Part shown: positions 10,357 through 25,432 of the stretch, piece by piece
Layout of the letters: every line of letters starts with the position of its first letter
Position numbering within the stretch: position 1 is the first letter of the stretch
Assembly: GCA_038040455.1 (NCBI GenBank)
Contig: JBBPIH010000006.1
Coordinates: forward strand, 47,176-111,175
DNA: 64,000 nt
Direction: 5' to 3'
Source of the DNA: Acidobacteriota bacterium
Lineage (GTDB): Bacteria; Acidobacteriota; Blastocatellia; UBA7656
Position numbers and translations under genes: made by a program
Notes under the pieces: model-generated
Database searches by the model: none
Seen by the model: the letters and a program-made list of their open reading frames with translations, nothing else
Told to the model about the DNA's origin: nothing

Positions 10357-11355
10357 TCATTTCCCGAGGTTTAATACAGCGATATCTATCTGGTAGATGT
10401 CCCCTAAACCGTTGCGCGGGCTTCGTAATCTGTTCATTAGCTCTTTATAGTTGAGCCGTTTCTCCAGTGGTTTGTCCGCAAAACCTCTCGCGCTTGTCCA
10501 GAAAAAATATTTGCCGTCCGGCGAGATTGCTGGCGAATATTCATTGCCGCTTGAATTGATCTTGTCGCCAAGATTGGCAGGCTTCGTCCAAGTACCATTA
10601 CGGTTGTAGCTCATATAGAGGTCGAGGCCTCCGCGCCCGTCCGCCCTCCCGCCTGTCATAAAAATCAGGAAACTCTCATCCGGCGCGATGAGCGGCTCAA
10701 ATTCATTGAACTGTGTGTTGATTGCATCACCCAGATTCTCCGCTTCGGTGTACTTGCCGTTGACCAGACGCGAACGGTAGATGTCCGTTCGACCTTTTCC
10801 ACCTTCGCGATCAGATCCGAAATAAATCGTGCCGTTAGCTGAAACGGTCGGATACCATTCGCTGCCTGCGCTATTGATAGGAGCACCCACATTCTTCGGC
10901 CCACTCCACCCGCCGTCAGTTTTCTCCATCACCCAAATATCCAAATCTGGCGTTGTTTTGCCCTCGACAGGACGGTTCGAGATGAAGTAGAACCGCGAGC
11001 CATCAGACGTGATAAACGGATCAGCATCGGAGTATTGACCCGAAAAAGGCGCTATTTCCGGTGTGCGCCATGTTCCTTTCTCGAAGCGCGAGACGAGAAT
11101 CGTCGACAGACTAAAACTTGGTGTGCTGCGTACGAAGTAAAGCGTTTTGCCATCGGTAGTGAAAGCCGGATGCGAATCAAAGTCTCCCGTGGAGACGATG
11201 CCGTCGGCGAAGATTGCCGGCTCGCTCAGAGACTTGCCGGAAGCGTAAGGATGCTTCGTTCGATCAATGTTCTGCGCGGCCAGGCTATGACCAGAGCTGC
11301 CCGGCCAGCAAAGTAGTAAAGTAGTGATGACAATTGAATTTAAATGTTTGTTCAT
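10357..11355 (-). CDS. secreted WD40-like (PD40 / TolB-type) beta-propeller repeat protein
   Basis: Signal peptide. Repeated PD40 units (FSPDG / YFxSxR motifs: TTDGKTLYFVRS, SANGTIYFGSDREGGKGRTDIYRS, APDESFLIFMTGG...DLYMS, SPDGKYFFWTSAR). Confidence 0.8.
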   Translation of the reverse strand: MNKHLNSIVITTLLLCWPGSSGHSLAAQNIDRTKHPYASGKSLSEPAIFADGIVSTGDFDSHPAFTTDGKTLYFVRSTPSFSLSTILVSRFEKGTWRTPEIAPFSGQYSDADPFITSDGSRFYFISNRPVEGKTTPDLDIWVMEKTDGGWSGPKNVGAPINSAGSEWYPTVSANGTIYFGSDREGGKGRTDIYRSRLVNGKYTEAENLGDAINTQFNEFEPLIAPDESFLIFMTGGRADGRGGLDLYMSYNRNGTWTKPANLGDKINSSGNEYSPAISPDGKYFFWTSARGFADKPLEKRLNYKELMNRLRSPRNGLGDIYQIDIAVLNLGK

Positions 11356-11519
11356 AGGAACTCACGGGGGTTTTCGACGACGATAAGACGACCTCCGAAG
11401 CCATTCATAGATCTACGATCAGATGTATCACCTCCGGGCGTATCGTTGTGCGTCCGTTGCGAGAATGTTGGCGGCGCGACGACCAGGATTAAGAACAAGG
11501 TCGCGTAGACGAATTTCAT
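11352..11519 (-). CDS. small secreted protein (start taken at MKFVYATLFLILVV...)
   Basis: Signal-peptide-like N-terminus. Its stop overlaps the PD40 start by 4 nt (ATGA), suggesting an operon. Confidence 0.35.
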   Translation of the reverse strand: MKFVYATLFLILVVAPPTFSQRTHNDTPGGDTSDRRSMNGFGGRLIVVENPREFL

Positions 11520-11636
11520 AAGCGTTCCTCCAAACGTCAGGGACAAGATACTTGGCCTACTAGTTGACCGTTACTTCAGCGTCCTCCTCCGCCGCCGGCA
11601 GACTCCATTTCGGGTGGTTCAAGTATCGTGACGCCC

Positions 11637-11972
11637 CTAGGACGTCGCTTCGAGTGCGAGGAAAATCGCCGTCGCAATTCGCTCCCAGTTTGCGGTCTCG
11701 GTTTCGAGATGACGACGGCCGGTCCTCGTCAGTTTGTAGTACTTTGCCTTGCGCCGGTTCTCCGACTCGCCCCACTCGGACGCAAGCCAGCCCTTCTCCT
11801 CGAGCCGGTGTAGCGCCGGAAAGAGCGAGCCCGGTTTGGGATGAAAAGTTCCCTGGGTAATTTGATTGATGCGGCTCGCGATCCCCAGCCCGTGATTCGG
11901 GCCCAGACCAAGCGTCTTGAGGATCAGCAGGTCGAGTGTGCCCTGAAGAAGATCGTCCGTGCCTCCTGACAT
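11637..11972 (-). CDS. PadR-family transcriptional regulator (the acidobacterial PadR type found with ADOP permeases)
   Basis: 111 aa. LLQGTLDLLILKTLGLGPNHGLGIASRINQITQG...PGSLFPALHRLEEKGWLASEWGESENRRKAKYYKLTRTGRRHLE is a textbook PadR winged helix. It sits first in the minus-strand cluster. Confidence 0.9.
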   Translation of the reverse strand: MSGGTDDLLQGTLDLLILKTLGLGPNHGLGIASRINQITQGTFHPKPGSLFPALHRLEEKGWLASEWGESENRRKAKYYKLTRTGRRHLETETANWERIATAIFLALEATS

Positions 11973-12060
11973 GGGTCCCTCCTATAGAAAGTCTGTAGGA
12001 GGATAAAGGCTTGACCTATAGGATGTCAATAGGAGCGAGAAAGAATTTCGTCAAAAATGT

Positions 12061-12340
12061 CCGATGGAGCTTCAGTTTCATCCAAACGGGCAAGCATGAG
12101 TCTAGATACCATCGGGCTTCAGCCGATGGAGCTTCAACTTCAACCTAACAACACGGATTGCCCCCCAGGGCTACGTCGGCTCCAGACCGGGTATCCTGCG
12201 AGCCAGCGTGATGGTTAGGTCGAAACTGAGGCTCCATCGGCTAAAGCCCGATGGTATCCGAATTCAGACCGACGATCATTAGGTCGAAACTGAAGCTCCA
12301 TCGGCTAAAGCCCGATGGTATCCAGCGAGCCATCACAAGA
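12061..12340. repeat. composite repeat: ~42-bp unit ggtcgaaactgaRgctccatcggctaaagcccgatggtatcc present twice as direct copies (12218-12260, 12281-12323) and in inverted or partial form at 12061-12140; each unit contains the internal hairpin ccatcgg...ccgatgg
   Basis: Read directly. It occupies the gap between padR and the next ADOP, and is followed by a CCCTGAA-type half-arm at 12340-12378. Confidence 0.7.
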
Positions 12341-12378
12341 AACCCTGAACCCGGAACCCTGAACCCGGAACTCCGACT

Positions 12379-14805
12379 TTATTCGTACCGCAGCGCGACC
12401 ATCGGGTCCACTTTCATCGCTCGGCGAGCCGGAACCAAACAGGCCCCCAGAGCCACTCCTACAAGAACCACCGAGATGGCAAAAAAGACCAAAGGATCAG
12501 TCGCGGTCACGTTGAACAGCAAGCTCGACATCAGGCGAGTCAACACGAGAGCGGCAGCCAGACCTAAACCCACACCTATCAGCGCGACGGTCATCCCCTG
12601 TATTATCACCAGCCTCAATACCTCGCCAGTTTGAGCGCCCAAAGCCATGCGTATGCCGATCTCGTGAGTTCGCTGGGTGACCGAATACGACACAACGCTG
12701 TAGATTCCAACGGCCGCAAGGACAATCGCTATCACCGCGAAGATCCCGATCAGCAGCACGTTGAACCTTGGCCGCGCGACAGAATAGGAAAGAACCTGCT
12801 CCAGGGTACGAACGTTGTAGAGCGGCTGGTCCTTGTCAAGCGCCCTTATCTGGCTTCGCACTGCCGGGACCAGGTTCAACGGCTCAACAGAAGCGCGTAC
12901 GACAAGTGACATAGAGCGTCGCTGCGCTTGCGCGAACGGCGAATACATTTGCGGGTAAGGTTCGGATTCTAATGCCTCCTGGTGAACATCGCCAACGATC
13001 CCTACGATCGTAAGCCAGGGTCCGATTTGCGGATCGCCCAGTGTTATCCGCTTGCCGATAGGGTCCTCTTCAGGCCAATAGCGCCGCGCCATCGTAGAAT
13101 TGATTATCGTTACCGCCGGCGCGTTTTCGGCGTCTTGGTCGGCGAACAGACGTCCTTTCATCAAAGGGATGCCGAGAACGTGAAAATATTCAGGACTGAT
13201 AACGCAGGCTTCAGCATCGACGACTTTGTCGGGCGGCGGGAGCGGACGCCCTTCGACCGCGAAGCTCAAAACACTAGATCCCGTCAGTGGTATCGAGTCT
13301 ATGGTCGCGACCGATTCCACCGCGGGTAAAGTCGCGACCTGTTCAAGGAGCTGTTTGTAGAAGGCTGCTACGGCCGGGGTGCCTTCGGGATACTTGGATG
13401 ATGGCAGCGACAAATCCAGCGTCAGCACACGCGCAGGATTGAACCCCGGATTGACCTGTTGAAGGTAGAAGAAGCTCTTAAGCATCAACCCCGCGCCTAT
13501 CAACAAGACAAACGACAGAGCAATCTCGGATACCGCCAGCACATTGCGCGCGCGGCGGCCGCGCGCACTTTCAGCGCCGCTCCTGCCTCCTTCCTTAAGC
13601 GCATCATTCAGGTTCGCCTTCGATGCTTGCAGCGCGGGAACCAGTCCGAAGACGATGCCTGATACCAGCGAAACCGTCAGCGTGAAGGCAAGCACTCTTC
13701 CATCCAGTCTCACTTCGTTAATGCGCGGAATGCTTTCGGGGCCGAGCGACGTGAGAAGCTCAATGCCCCACACCGCCAGCAGCAGACCCATAACGCCTCC
13801 GAGCAACGCCAGAGCTACGCTCTCGGTGAGTAGTTGCTGCACGAGGCGCCTCCTTCCCGCTCCAAGGGCGGTGCGAATAGCTATCTCTTTTTCTCGGGCA
13901 GCAGCGCGGGCCAGGAGCAAATTGGCGACATTGGCGCAGGCGATGAGTAACAAGAAACAAACGGCGCCGAGCAGAACGAACATTGCAAGTTTGACGTCAC
14001 CGACGAAGCGCTCATGTAGAGGGATGATCGCTACGGTCCAGCCCGCGTTTTCTTCCGTATACTGCTGCTCGAGTCTGCCCACGATGGTGTTCATTTCGGA
14101 GCGAGCCTGTTCGATTGACACATCCGGCTTCAGGCGGGCTATGACACTCAGGAAATCGCCTCTCCGGCCCATTTTTGTTATGTCCCGGCTGACAGGCATC
14201 CACAATTCGGTAGGCTGGCGGGTGTCGGGGCTCGCGTTGCGGAAATAAGATGGCATGACGCCAACAACCGTATACGGATTGCCACTGAGTGTTACCGTCT
14301 TTCCGATGATATTCTGATCGGATCCGAATCGGCGCCGCCACATACCGTCGCTGAGAATCACGACGCGGTTCTTACCGGGCTGGATTTCGTCAGGCAGAAA
14401 GACTCGGCCCAGCGCCGGCTCAACTTTCAAGACAGAGAAGAAACCGTCGGTGACAGCGCATCCCTGTATGCGCTCGGGCTCGCCGTCGCCTGAAAGGATT
14501 GGCGATGTTCGATGAAAGGCTGCCATAGCCTCGAACGACTCCGCCTGATCCTTCCAATCGGTGAAGTTCGGTCCCGATGTCGATTCCTTTTTGATGTCAT
14601 TCGGCAGGTTGTTCTCCCAGAACGCGACGATTCGATCGGGCGCATTGTATGGCAGAGGGCGCAGGAGAATTGCGTTCACCACGCTGAAGATCGCGGAGTT
14701 GGCTCCTATTCCCAGGGCCAACGCGATCAATGCCGCCGCCGTGAAGCCGGGCTTTTTCGCCAACGTCCGTAAGCCGTAGCGCAAGTCTTGAAGCAATGTC
14801 TCCAT
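12379..14805 (-). CDS. ADOP-family permease (808 aa)
   Basis: [22 protein letters not shown]...[23 protein letters not shown]-terminus; two FtsX modules; C-terminal [15 protein letters not shown]. Confidence 0.9.
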   Translation of the reverse strand: METLLQDLRYGLRTLAKKPGFTAAALIALALGIGANSAIFSVVNAILLRPLPYNAPDRIVAFWENNLPNDIKKESTSGPNFTDWKDQAESFEAMAAFHRTSPILSGDGEPERIQGCAVTDGFFSVLKVEPALGRVFLPDEIQPGKNRVVILSDGMWRRRFGSDQNIIGKTVTLSGNPYTVVGVMPSYFRNASPDTRQPTELWMPVSRDITKMGRRGDFLSVIARLKPDVSIEQARSEMNTIVGRLEQQYTEENAGWTVAIIPLHERFVGDVKLAMFVLLGAVCFLLLIACANVANLLLARAAAREKEIAIRTALGAGRRRLVQQLLTESVALALLGGVMGLLLAVWGIELLTSLGPESIPRINEVRLDGRVLAFTLTVSLVSGIVFGLVPALQASKANLNDALKEGGRSGAESARGRRARNVLAVSEIALSFVLLIGAGLMLKSFFYLQQVNPGFNPARVLTLDLSLPSSKYPEGTPAVAAFYKQLLEQVATLPAVESVATIDSIPLTGSSVLSFAVEGRPLPPPDKVVDAEACVISPEYFHVLGIPLMKGRLFADQDAENAPAVTIINSTMARRYWPEEDPIGKRITLGDPQIGPWLTIVGIVGDVHQEALESEPYPQMYSPFAQAQRRSMSLVVRASVEPLNLVPAVRSQIRALDKDQPLYNVRTLEQVLSYSVARPRFNVLLIGIFAVIAIVLAAVGIYSVVSYSVTQRTHEIGIRMALGAQTGEVLRLVIIQGMTVALIGVGLGLAAALVLTRLMSSLLFNVTATDPLVFFAISVVLVGVALGACLVPARRAMKVDPMVALRYE

Positions 14806-14823
14806 AGTTCCTCCGAAGTATCG

Positions 14824-14980
14824 GTTCCGGGTTCAGGGTTCCGAGTTCAAGGTTCAGGGTTTCTGGTTTTTCGTTTCTAGTTTTTGGTCTCTGATCTCGG
14901 CTTCTGGTTTCCGACTCCTACTTTCGTAACCAAGAACCAGAAACCAGAAACCAAAAACCCTGAACCTAACCCCGGAACCG
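14824..14980. repeat. heptamer-run palindrome (left arm GGTTCAG/GGTTTCT runs 14824-14888; right arm AGAAACC/CTGAACC runs 14929-14980)
   Basis: Read directly. Fills the gap between the stop of ADOP 14986..17403 and the RBS of ADOP 12379..14805. Confidence 0.75.
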
Positions 14981-14985
14981 CTAAG

Positions 14986-17403
14986 CTATTCGTATCTGAG
15001 CGCTACCATCGGGTCCACCTTCGTTGCTCGCCGCGCCGGGAGATAGCAAGCCACCAGCGCGACTGCCGTCAGCAACAGCGCGATGAGAACAAACGTTGTC
15101 GGATCAGCCGGGCTCACGCCGAACAGCAAACTCTTCAGCCATCGCGTGAGCGCAAACGACGCCAACATTCCCAGTGCGAGCCCTGCCAGCACCAGCCGCA
15201 TACTCTGTCCGATCATTAAGCTGAAAACATCCAGCTTCTGCGCGCCGAGCGCTATCCGAATGCCCAACTCGCGGGTGCGCTGGGTTACGGCATAGCTCAT
15301 GATGCCGTAGATGCCGACTGCTGCCAGCAGCAAGGCCACCCCTGCGAACACTCCCAGCAGCCAGGTACTAAACCGGCGCGGCGCAATATGACGCGCAAGC
15401 TGGCTTTCCAATGTAGCGGCGTCATCAGTCGGAACGTTCGGATTAATCGCCCGCACTTCACCTTTGATTGCGGCAATCAAGCTCTCAGGGTCAACACCCG
15501 CGCTTCGCACCGCAACCGTTGAGCGCGGAAGCGGCGAGCGACCGAAAGACGTGTAGATTTTGATACGTCCCAATGTCTCAGAGCCGTAGGTGCGCACGTC
15601 ACCGGCAATGCCGATGATCTCGATGGGTGTGGCGCTGTCGTATTTGATATGCTTGCCGAGCGCATCTCCTTGGGGCCAGAACCGGTTCGCCAGTTGTTCA
15701 TCAACGAGCATCACCGGAGCGCCCTGGGCTATTTCTTGCTCCGTGAAACTTCGACCCTGTTTGATAGGAATGCCCATGGTCTTGAAGTAGTCCGAAGTGA
15801 TGATGCCCCAGTCCACATTGATCAGTTCGCCGGCATTGATCTTCAGATACTCGCCATTGATTTCCGGATTGATGTCGTTCTGCCAGCCTGGCTCGAATCC
15901 GGGCCTGTCGTTTAGCACACAGACGGCTTCTACGCCGGGCATTGCGGCAAGACGCTCGAGCAATTGCGAATGAAACACCATCAACTGCGCGCGGCTCGGA
16001 TAAGCTTCGCGAGGCAGGATCTGCATCGTCACGACATTCTGTGGGTTGAAACCGGGATCGGAAGCGAGCAAGCGCGCCAGGCTCTTGATGAGCAATCCCG
16101 CGCCGGCAAGCAGCACCATAGCCAGCGCGACTTCAGCGACGACGAAAACGTTCCGCAAGCGTCCGCTGCGCGCGTCACTAGATGACCTGCCGCCCTCTTT
16201 CAGCGCTTCGTGCAGATCGGTCTTCGTGCTTTGCCACGCCGGTGCGATGCCGAAGATGATGCCCGTCAGCATCGACAGCCCCAGCGTGAAGCCGAGTACA
16301 TTCCAGCCGATCGTTACGCTTGCCAGACGCGGCAAATCGGGCGGCGCGAATTTCACGATCAGATCAACGCCCCAACTCGCCAACAACAAACCGATGCCAC
16401 CGCCTAAGACGGACATCATCACGCTTTCTATCAGGAGTTGTCGAAGCAGACGCCAGCGGCTCGCGCCCAACGCCGCTCGAATCGCGAATTCTTTCTGCCT
16501 CGTCGCCGCTCGCGCCAGCAACAGGTTGGCTACGTTGGCGCATGCAATCAACAGCACCACCCCGACCGCCGCAAACAGCAGCAGCAGCGATCGTCGGGTG
16601 TCACCTACAATGCTCTCTTGCAAGGTCACCATCTGGATAGTGTTCCCGCCGTTGGTCATCGGATGTTCGGCGATCAGTTGCTGTTCGATGGATTTCATTT
16701 CGGCGCGCGCCTGGTCGATGGTTACACCGGGCTTCAATCGCCCGATTACGTTGCCGACGATGCGGTTGTCACGATTGAACCACCCGCTCGGGGGTAGCTC
16801 CGCATACTGTTCCGTCGGCACCCACAACGCAGGTCCCTGCTCCTGAAACTCCTGTGGCATCACTCCGACGACAGTGAAGGGCTTATTGTCGAGCGTGATC
16901 GTCCCGCCCACGACCTCGGGATCACCGCCGAATTGTGCCCGCCAGAAAGCATGGCTGAGCATGGTCACGAATGGCGCGCCGAACCTATCCTGCTCGCTGA
17001 TGAAGTCGCGTCCGAGCATTGGCCGCACGCCCATAACGCGAAAGTAATCCGCCGTGATCATCCGAGCGCTGAGCGACTGCGCTTCGCCGTCTCCGGTCAG
17101 CGTCATCTGCCAGCCGCGAATAGTGGCCATCGCTTCGAATGATTGACTGCGCGAACGCCAGTCAAGAAAGTTCGGATACGAAACCCATCGTGACGGAATC
17201 TGTTCGTGCCGCTCCGTGAGCCAGACCAGCCGGTCAGCTTCGGGATAAGGCAGCGAGCGCAAGAGGACGGCGTTCACAACGCTGAAGATTGACGTGTTTG
17301 CTCCGATGCCGAGCGCCAGTGTGATGACGGCAATCAACGTGAAGCCTGGGCTCTTGACGAGCACTCGCGAGCCGTAGCGCAGGTCTTGAAGTAGTGCTTG
17401 CAT
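14986..17403 (-). CDS. ADOP-family permease (805 aa)
   Basis: [22 protein letters not shown]...; C-terminal [15 protein letters not shown]. Confidence 0.9.
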   Translation of the reverse strand: MQALLQDLRYGSRVLVKSPGFTLIAVITLALGIGANTSIFSVVNAVLLRSLPYPEADRLVWLTERHEQIPSRWVSYPNFLDWRSRSQSFEAMATIRGWQMTLTGDGEAQSLSARMITADYFRVMGVRPMLGRDFISEQDRFGAPFVTMLSHAFWRAQFGGDPEVVGGTITLDNKPFTVVGVMPQEFQEQGPALWVPTEQYAELPPSGWFNRDNRIVGNVIGRLKPGVTIDQARAEMKSIEQQLIAEHPMTNGGNTIQMVTLQESIVGDTRRSLLLLFAAVGVVLLIACANVANLLLARAATRQKEFAIRAALGASRWRLLRQLLIESVMMSVLGGGIGLLLASWGVDLIVKFAPPDLPRLASVTIGWNVLGFTLGLSMLTGIIFGIAPAWQSTKTDLHEALKEGGRSSSDARSGRLRNVFVVAEVALAMVLLAGAGLLIKSLARLLASDPGFNPQNVVTMQILPREAYPSRAQLMVFHSQLLERLAAMPGVEAVCVLNDRPGFEPGWQNDINPEINGEYLKINAGELINVDWGIITSDYFKTMGIPIKQGRSFTEQEIAQGAPVMLVDEQLANRFWPQGDALGKHIKYDSATPIEIIGIAGDVRTYGSETLGRIKIYTSFGRSPLPRSTVAVRSAGVDPESLIAAIKGEVRAINPNVPTDDAATLESQLARHIAPRRFSTWLLGVFAGVALLLAAVGIYGIMSYAVTQRTRELGIRIALGAQKLDVFSLMIGQSMRLVLAGLALGMLASFALTRWLKSLLFGVSPADPTTFVLIALLLTAVALVACYLPARRATKVDPMVALRYE

Positions 17404-17420
17404 GCTTTCTCCCGAATCGT

Positions 17421-17606
17421 GATGAACCTCTACGGGCGTTCCTCCCTGGGCGTGCCGCCTTACTCAAGCTCGCGGTCGGGAAGGGTGGCTTGCCCCCGCT
17501 CTCGCGCAGAAGCAATGTATCTCCTTGAAGCGGAGCGGGCGCAAGCCACCCTTCCCGACCGCGAGCCTGTGGATCTACCGGGTGCCCGCGGAGGGACACC
17601 CTGCAG
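17421..17606. repeat. REP-like imperfect palindrome, family copy C (gatgaacctctacgggcgttcctccc ... cgcggagggacaccctgcagg), enclosing a 34-bp near-perfect inverted repeat (17468-17501 / 17531-17564)
   Basis: Read directly. Shares its ends with copies at 47999-48110 and 57872-57966. Confidence 0.65.
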
Positions 17607-17713
17607 GCTTAGTGGACATCATTTCGGACATCATTTCAGCCTCGCCTTTCTTTTGGCTCGTAAGCTGGGGCATTAGGATCGTAAGGCTTGCCCGGCTCGA
17701 TTCGTTTCCCATT

Positions 17714-17800
17714 CTGGATTTTAGATTTTGGGGTTTTGGATGGGATTGGCCTGTCAGTGCCTGGTGACAGAAAATCCAAAATCTCAAATCCCCAATCCTG
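17714..17800. repeat. heptamer-run palindrome, GGATTTT type, with a central ctgtcag...ctgacag hairpin
   Basis: Read directly. Immediately follows the stop of ADOP 17802.. Confidence 0.7.
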
Positions 17801-17801
17801 G

Positions 17802-20222
<2,421 letters not shown>

Positions 20223-20228
20223 TAGCTC

Positions 20229-20300
20229 CCTGTCGAAGATTGAAGATCGAGTATGAAAGATGGAGGGTCGAGGGTGCTCTATCCTCTGTCTTCTATCCTC
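20229..20300. repeat. heptamer-run palindrome, GAAGATT/GAGGATC type
   Basis: cgaagattgaagatcgag ... ctatcctctgtcttctatcctcgttcttc, read directly. Confidence 0.6.
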
Positions 20301-20305
20301 GTTCT

Positions 20306-22780
<2,475 letters not shown>

Positions 22781-22794
22781 CAGATCACCTTCCG

Positions 22795-23010
22795 TTTCTG
22801 GTTTCCCTTTTAGTTTCTGGTTTCTAGTGGCTTGTACCAGCCATTTCGCTAGCGATTGATGGGTACGAAATCCGTGCTAATCCGTCAAACCCGCGTCATC
22901 CGTGGTCTATTAGTTCGTAGCATTGCCCAGCGCCGCATAGACCACGGATGACACTGATTCGACGGATTTGCGCGGATAAAAAATCCAACCAGAAACCAGA
23001 AACCACAAAC
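22795..23010. repeat. nested palindrome: outer GTTTCTG-type heptamer arms (22795-22830 / 22986-23010) around inner inverted repeats gtcatccgtggtctat/atagaccacggatgac and aatccgtc/gacggatt
   Basis: Read directly. Confidence 0.7.
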
Positions 23011-23794
23011 CTATTCGTACCTCAGTGCCACCATCGGATCGACCTTCGTCGCCCGGCGAGCAGGCACAAAGCAAGCTCCCAGAGCCACGACGGCCAGTAT
23101 CACCGAAACGCTCACAAATGTTTTCGGGTCGGTCGCGCTCACTCCGTAGAGCAGCCCCGAGATGACCCGGGTTAAGGCAAAAGAGCCCGCGAGCCCAAAC
23201 GCTATCCCGATCAAGACCAGTTTCAACCCGTGCCCGACAATCATCCTCAGCACTTCTGAGGACCGTATAGCTGTCACTATTAAGAGTAAGTTTGTGACCT
23301 ATGATACCGGGGTCGTGACCGAATCGTCGCTCCCACAATCCGTAGCTCAACACCACCACTCGCTCGCTGTCAGGTCTGTCATCCTCCGGAAGCAATGTTC
23401 GCCCAAGCGTGGCACTGACACCGAGCATCTGAAAAGCGTTTGCTGAAATCCTCACGCCCTGCATGCGTTCGGGCTCGTCGGTCCCCGTCAGGCTCGCGCC
23501 CCAGTTGGCAAAGGCCGCTATCTGCTCGAGCGTTTCGCTGCGGTCTCGATAATCAATAAAGTCGGGAATTGAGAAAAAGGCTTTGTCTCTATCAACCCGA
23601 GTTGACCATATCCAGACCAGCTTTTGCGAATTCTCGAATGGCAGCTTGCGAATCAGCACGGCGTTGACCAGGCTGAAGATCGCCGTGTTTGCGCCTATAC
23701 CTATGGCCAGCGTGAGCGTTGCCACAAGGGTGAATGTTGGTCTCTTCGCCAGCATTCGAATGCTGTAGCGCATGTCTTGAAGCAGAGTTTCCAT
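23011..23794 (-). pseudogene. ADOP permease pseudogene with a ~1.6-kb internal deletion (N-terminal ~178 codons and C-terminal 88 codons retained in different frames)
   Basis: 23260-23794 encodes METLLQDMRYSIRMLAKRPTFT...[13 protein letters not shown], then nonsense. 23011-23277 encodes ...[17 protein letters not shown]...[15 protein letters not shown] in another frame. Confidence 0.8.
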
Positions 23795-23817
23795 TTAGCC
23801 TCCGAAGTAATCTGTTC

Positions 23818-23903
23818 AGAGTTCCGAGTTCAGAGGCAGAATTCAGAGTGGCTTCCCACTATCCAACCCCGAACCACGAACCCGGAACTCTGAACCTAGC
23901 GCC
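23818..23903. repeat. heptamer-run palindrome, GTTCAGA/GTTCCGA type
   Basis: ctgttcagagttccgagttcagagg ... ccaaccccgaaccacgaacccggaactctgaacc, read directly. Confidence 0.65.
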
Positions 23904-23905
23904 AT

Positions 23906-25423
23906 CTACCGGTTCTCCGTTCGCGCGTACGAAGCCGCCATTCCGTCGAGCATCTTGCGAAGCTCCTCTTCGGTGAACCATCGCCCTTGAGCCATCACCC
24001 CAGCCCGGCGCGATGCATTGCTCACGTCCGTGAGCGGATTTCCTTCGACCAGAATCAGGTCGGCCCGTTTTCCAACAGACACAGTTCCGAACTTATCCGT
24101 TCTCAAAAACTCGGCGGCGTTTGCGGTCGCGCTTCGGAGCGACTCATAAGGCGTCAACCCGGCGGCCACCATCTCGCGCAATTCGTCGTGGAGCGAGAAC
24201 CCCGGCACAACCGAGGGCACCGGAGTATCGGTTCCCGCCAACAATTTCACTCCTGCATCGTGCAGGCCTTTGACAAGCTTGCTGAGCAAATCAGCTCGGG
24301 CGAAGAAGCCCTTCGCAGTCTCTTTCTTGAACCGGCGAACGTAGTCGTTATTCTCTTTCGCGAATCTGGTGGCAATCCACGGGGGCAGGTATTTCATCTC
24401 GGGTCTCTTCAAAACAGCATCAATGTCGTCGACTTGACGAGCGATGCCACTGTAGACCGTCAACGTGGGGCTCACCCAGATCCCGGCTTTGGCTGTGGCC
24501 TCGGCAACGGACGGGATGCGGCTCGCCTGGTCTGCAATCCAACGCAGCTGAGCCTCTTGACTCGAATTGGCGGGCGAGGTCACGGGCCTGAAAAAGAAGT
24601 AGGCGTTCAGATACTCCTCGGCGTGAGCGATCGCATCTTGTTTTTCCTCGAACGCGGGTTCGATCCCAAGATTGCGGGGCAAGTGGCCTATGACACGCAT
24701 GCCTTCACGGCGGGCGACCTCAAAGACTTTATGATAAGCCTCGCGCGAGAAGTCGCCGTGAATTTTGATAATGTCGTAGCCTGCCCGCTTCTGCGCGACG
24801 ACCGCGCGCTCAACTTCTTCCGGCGTCGGAGTAGAGACCGGGGCATTGGAGATGAACCCCCCGCTGGTGTAGATCGCCGGGCCAAACATCTCGCCTCGCG
24901 CGACCCGCTCGCGAAGCTGGAGATGATTAGGCGCGCCGAAGAGATTCAGAACCGTGGTCACACCGTTCGCAACAAACAGTCGCAGCATCGCTGCGTTGGC
25001 CTGTTCATTGAAGACCTCGAAATGAACATGCATGTCGGCGAGTCCGGGCATCAGGTACTTGCCGCGCCCCTCAATTCTCAGCGCTCCTCGCGGAACTTTG
25101 ACCTGTTCCACTGACCCCATCGCGGCTATCAACCCGTCCCTTACGATGACGGTTTGCCCGGTCAGCACTCGTTGTTCGTCCATTGGGACGACGTTCACGT
25201 TGACGAAGGCGACGACTTGCTTTTGCCGGGCCTGGAGTTGCTTGACCTCATCAGAGACTTGAGGTTCGGTTGCCGGGTTGCGAGCCTCGCTCGCGAAGTA
25301 CAGGAAAACGACGGGCAGAGCGCCGATACCAAACACCAACGCAAACAGACCAACGCCCATCACCACAAGTCGCTTGAAGCGAATCCGTCGAGTGTTGCGA
25401 GGTTTCCTCAGCGGAATGTCCAT
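23906..25423 (-). CDS. membrane-anchored amidohydrolase-family metal-dependent hydrolase (505 aa)
   Basis: N-terminal TM helix, then an Amidohydro fold with the metal-binding HVHFEVF motif, HGD..., HLPRNLG and an Asp-containing C-terminal strand. Confidence 0.8.
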   Translation of the reverse strand: MDIPLRKPRNTRRIRFKRLVVMGVGLFALVFGIGALPVVFLYFASEARNPATEPQVSDEVKQLQARQKQVVAFVNVNVVPMDEQRVLTGQTVIVRDGLIAAMGSVEQVKVPRGALRIEGRGKYLMPGLADMHVHFEVFNEQANAAMLRLFVANGVTTVLNLFGAPNHLQLRERVARGEMFGPAIYTSGGFISNAPVSTPTPEEVERAVVAQKRAGYDIIKIHGDFSREAYHKVFEVARREGMRVIGHLPRNLGIEPAFEEKQDAIAHAEEYLNAYFFFRPVTSPANSSQEAQLRWIADQASRIPSVAEATAKAGIWVSPTLTVYSGIARQVDDIDAVLKRPEMKYLPPWIATRFAKENNDYVRRFKKETAKGFFARADLLSKLVKGLHDAGVKLLAGTDTPVPSVVPGFSLHDELREMVAAGLTPYESLRSATANAAEFLRTDKFGTVSVGKRADLILVEGNPLTDVSNASRRAGVMAQGRWFTEEELRKMLDGMAASYARTENR

Positions 25424-25432
25424 GGATAATTT

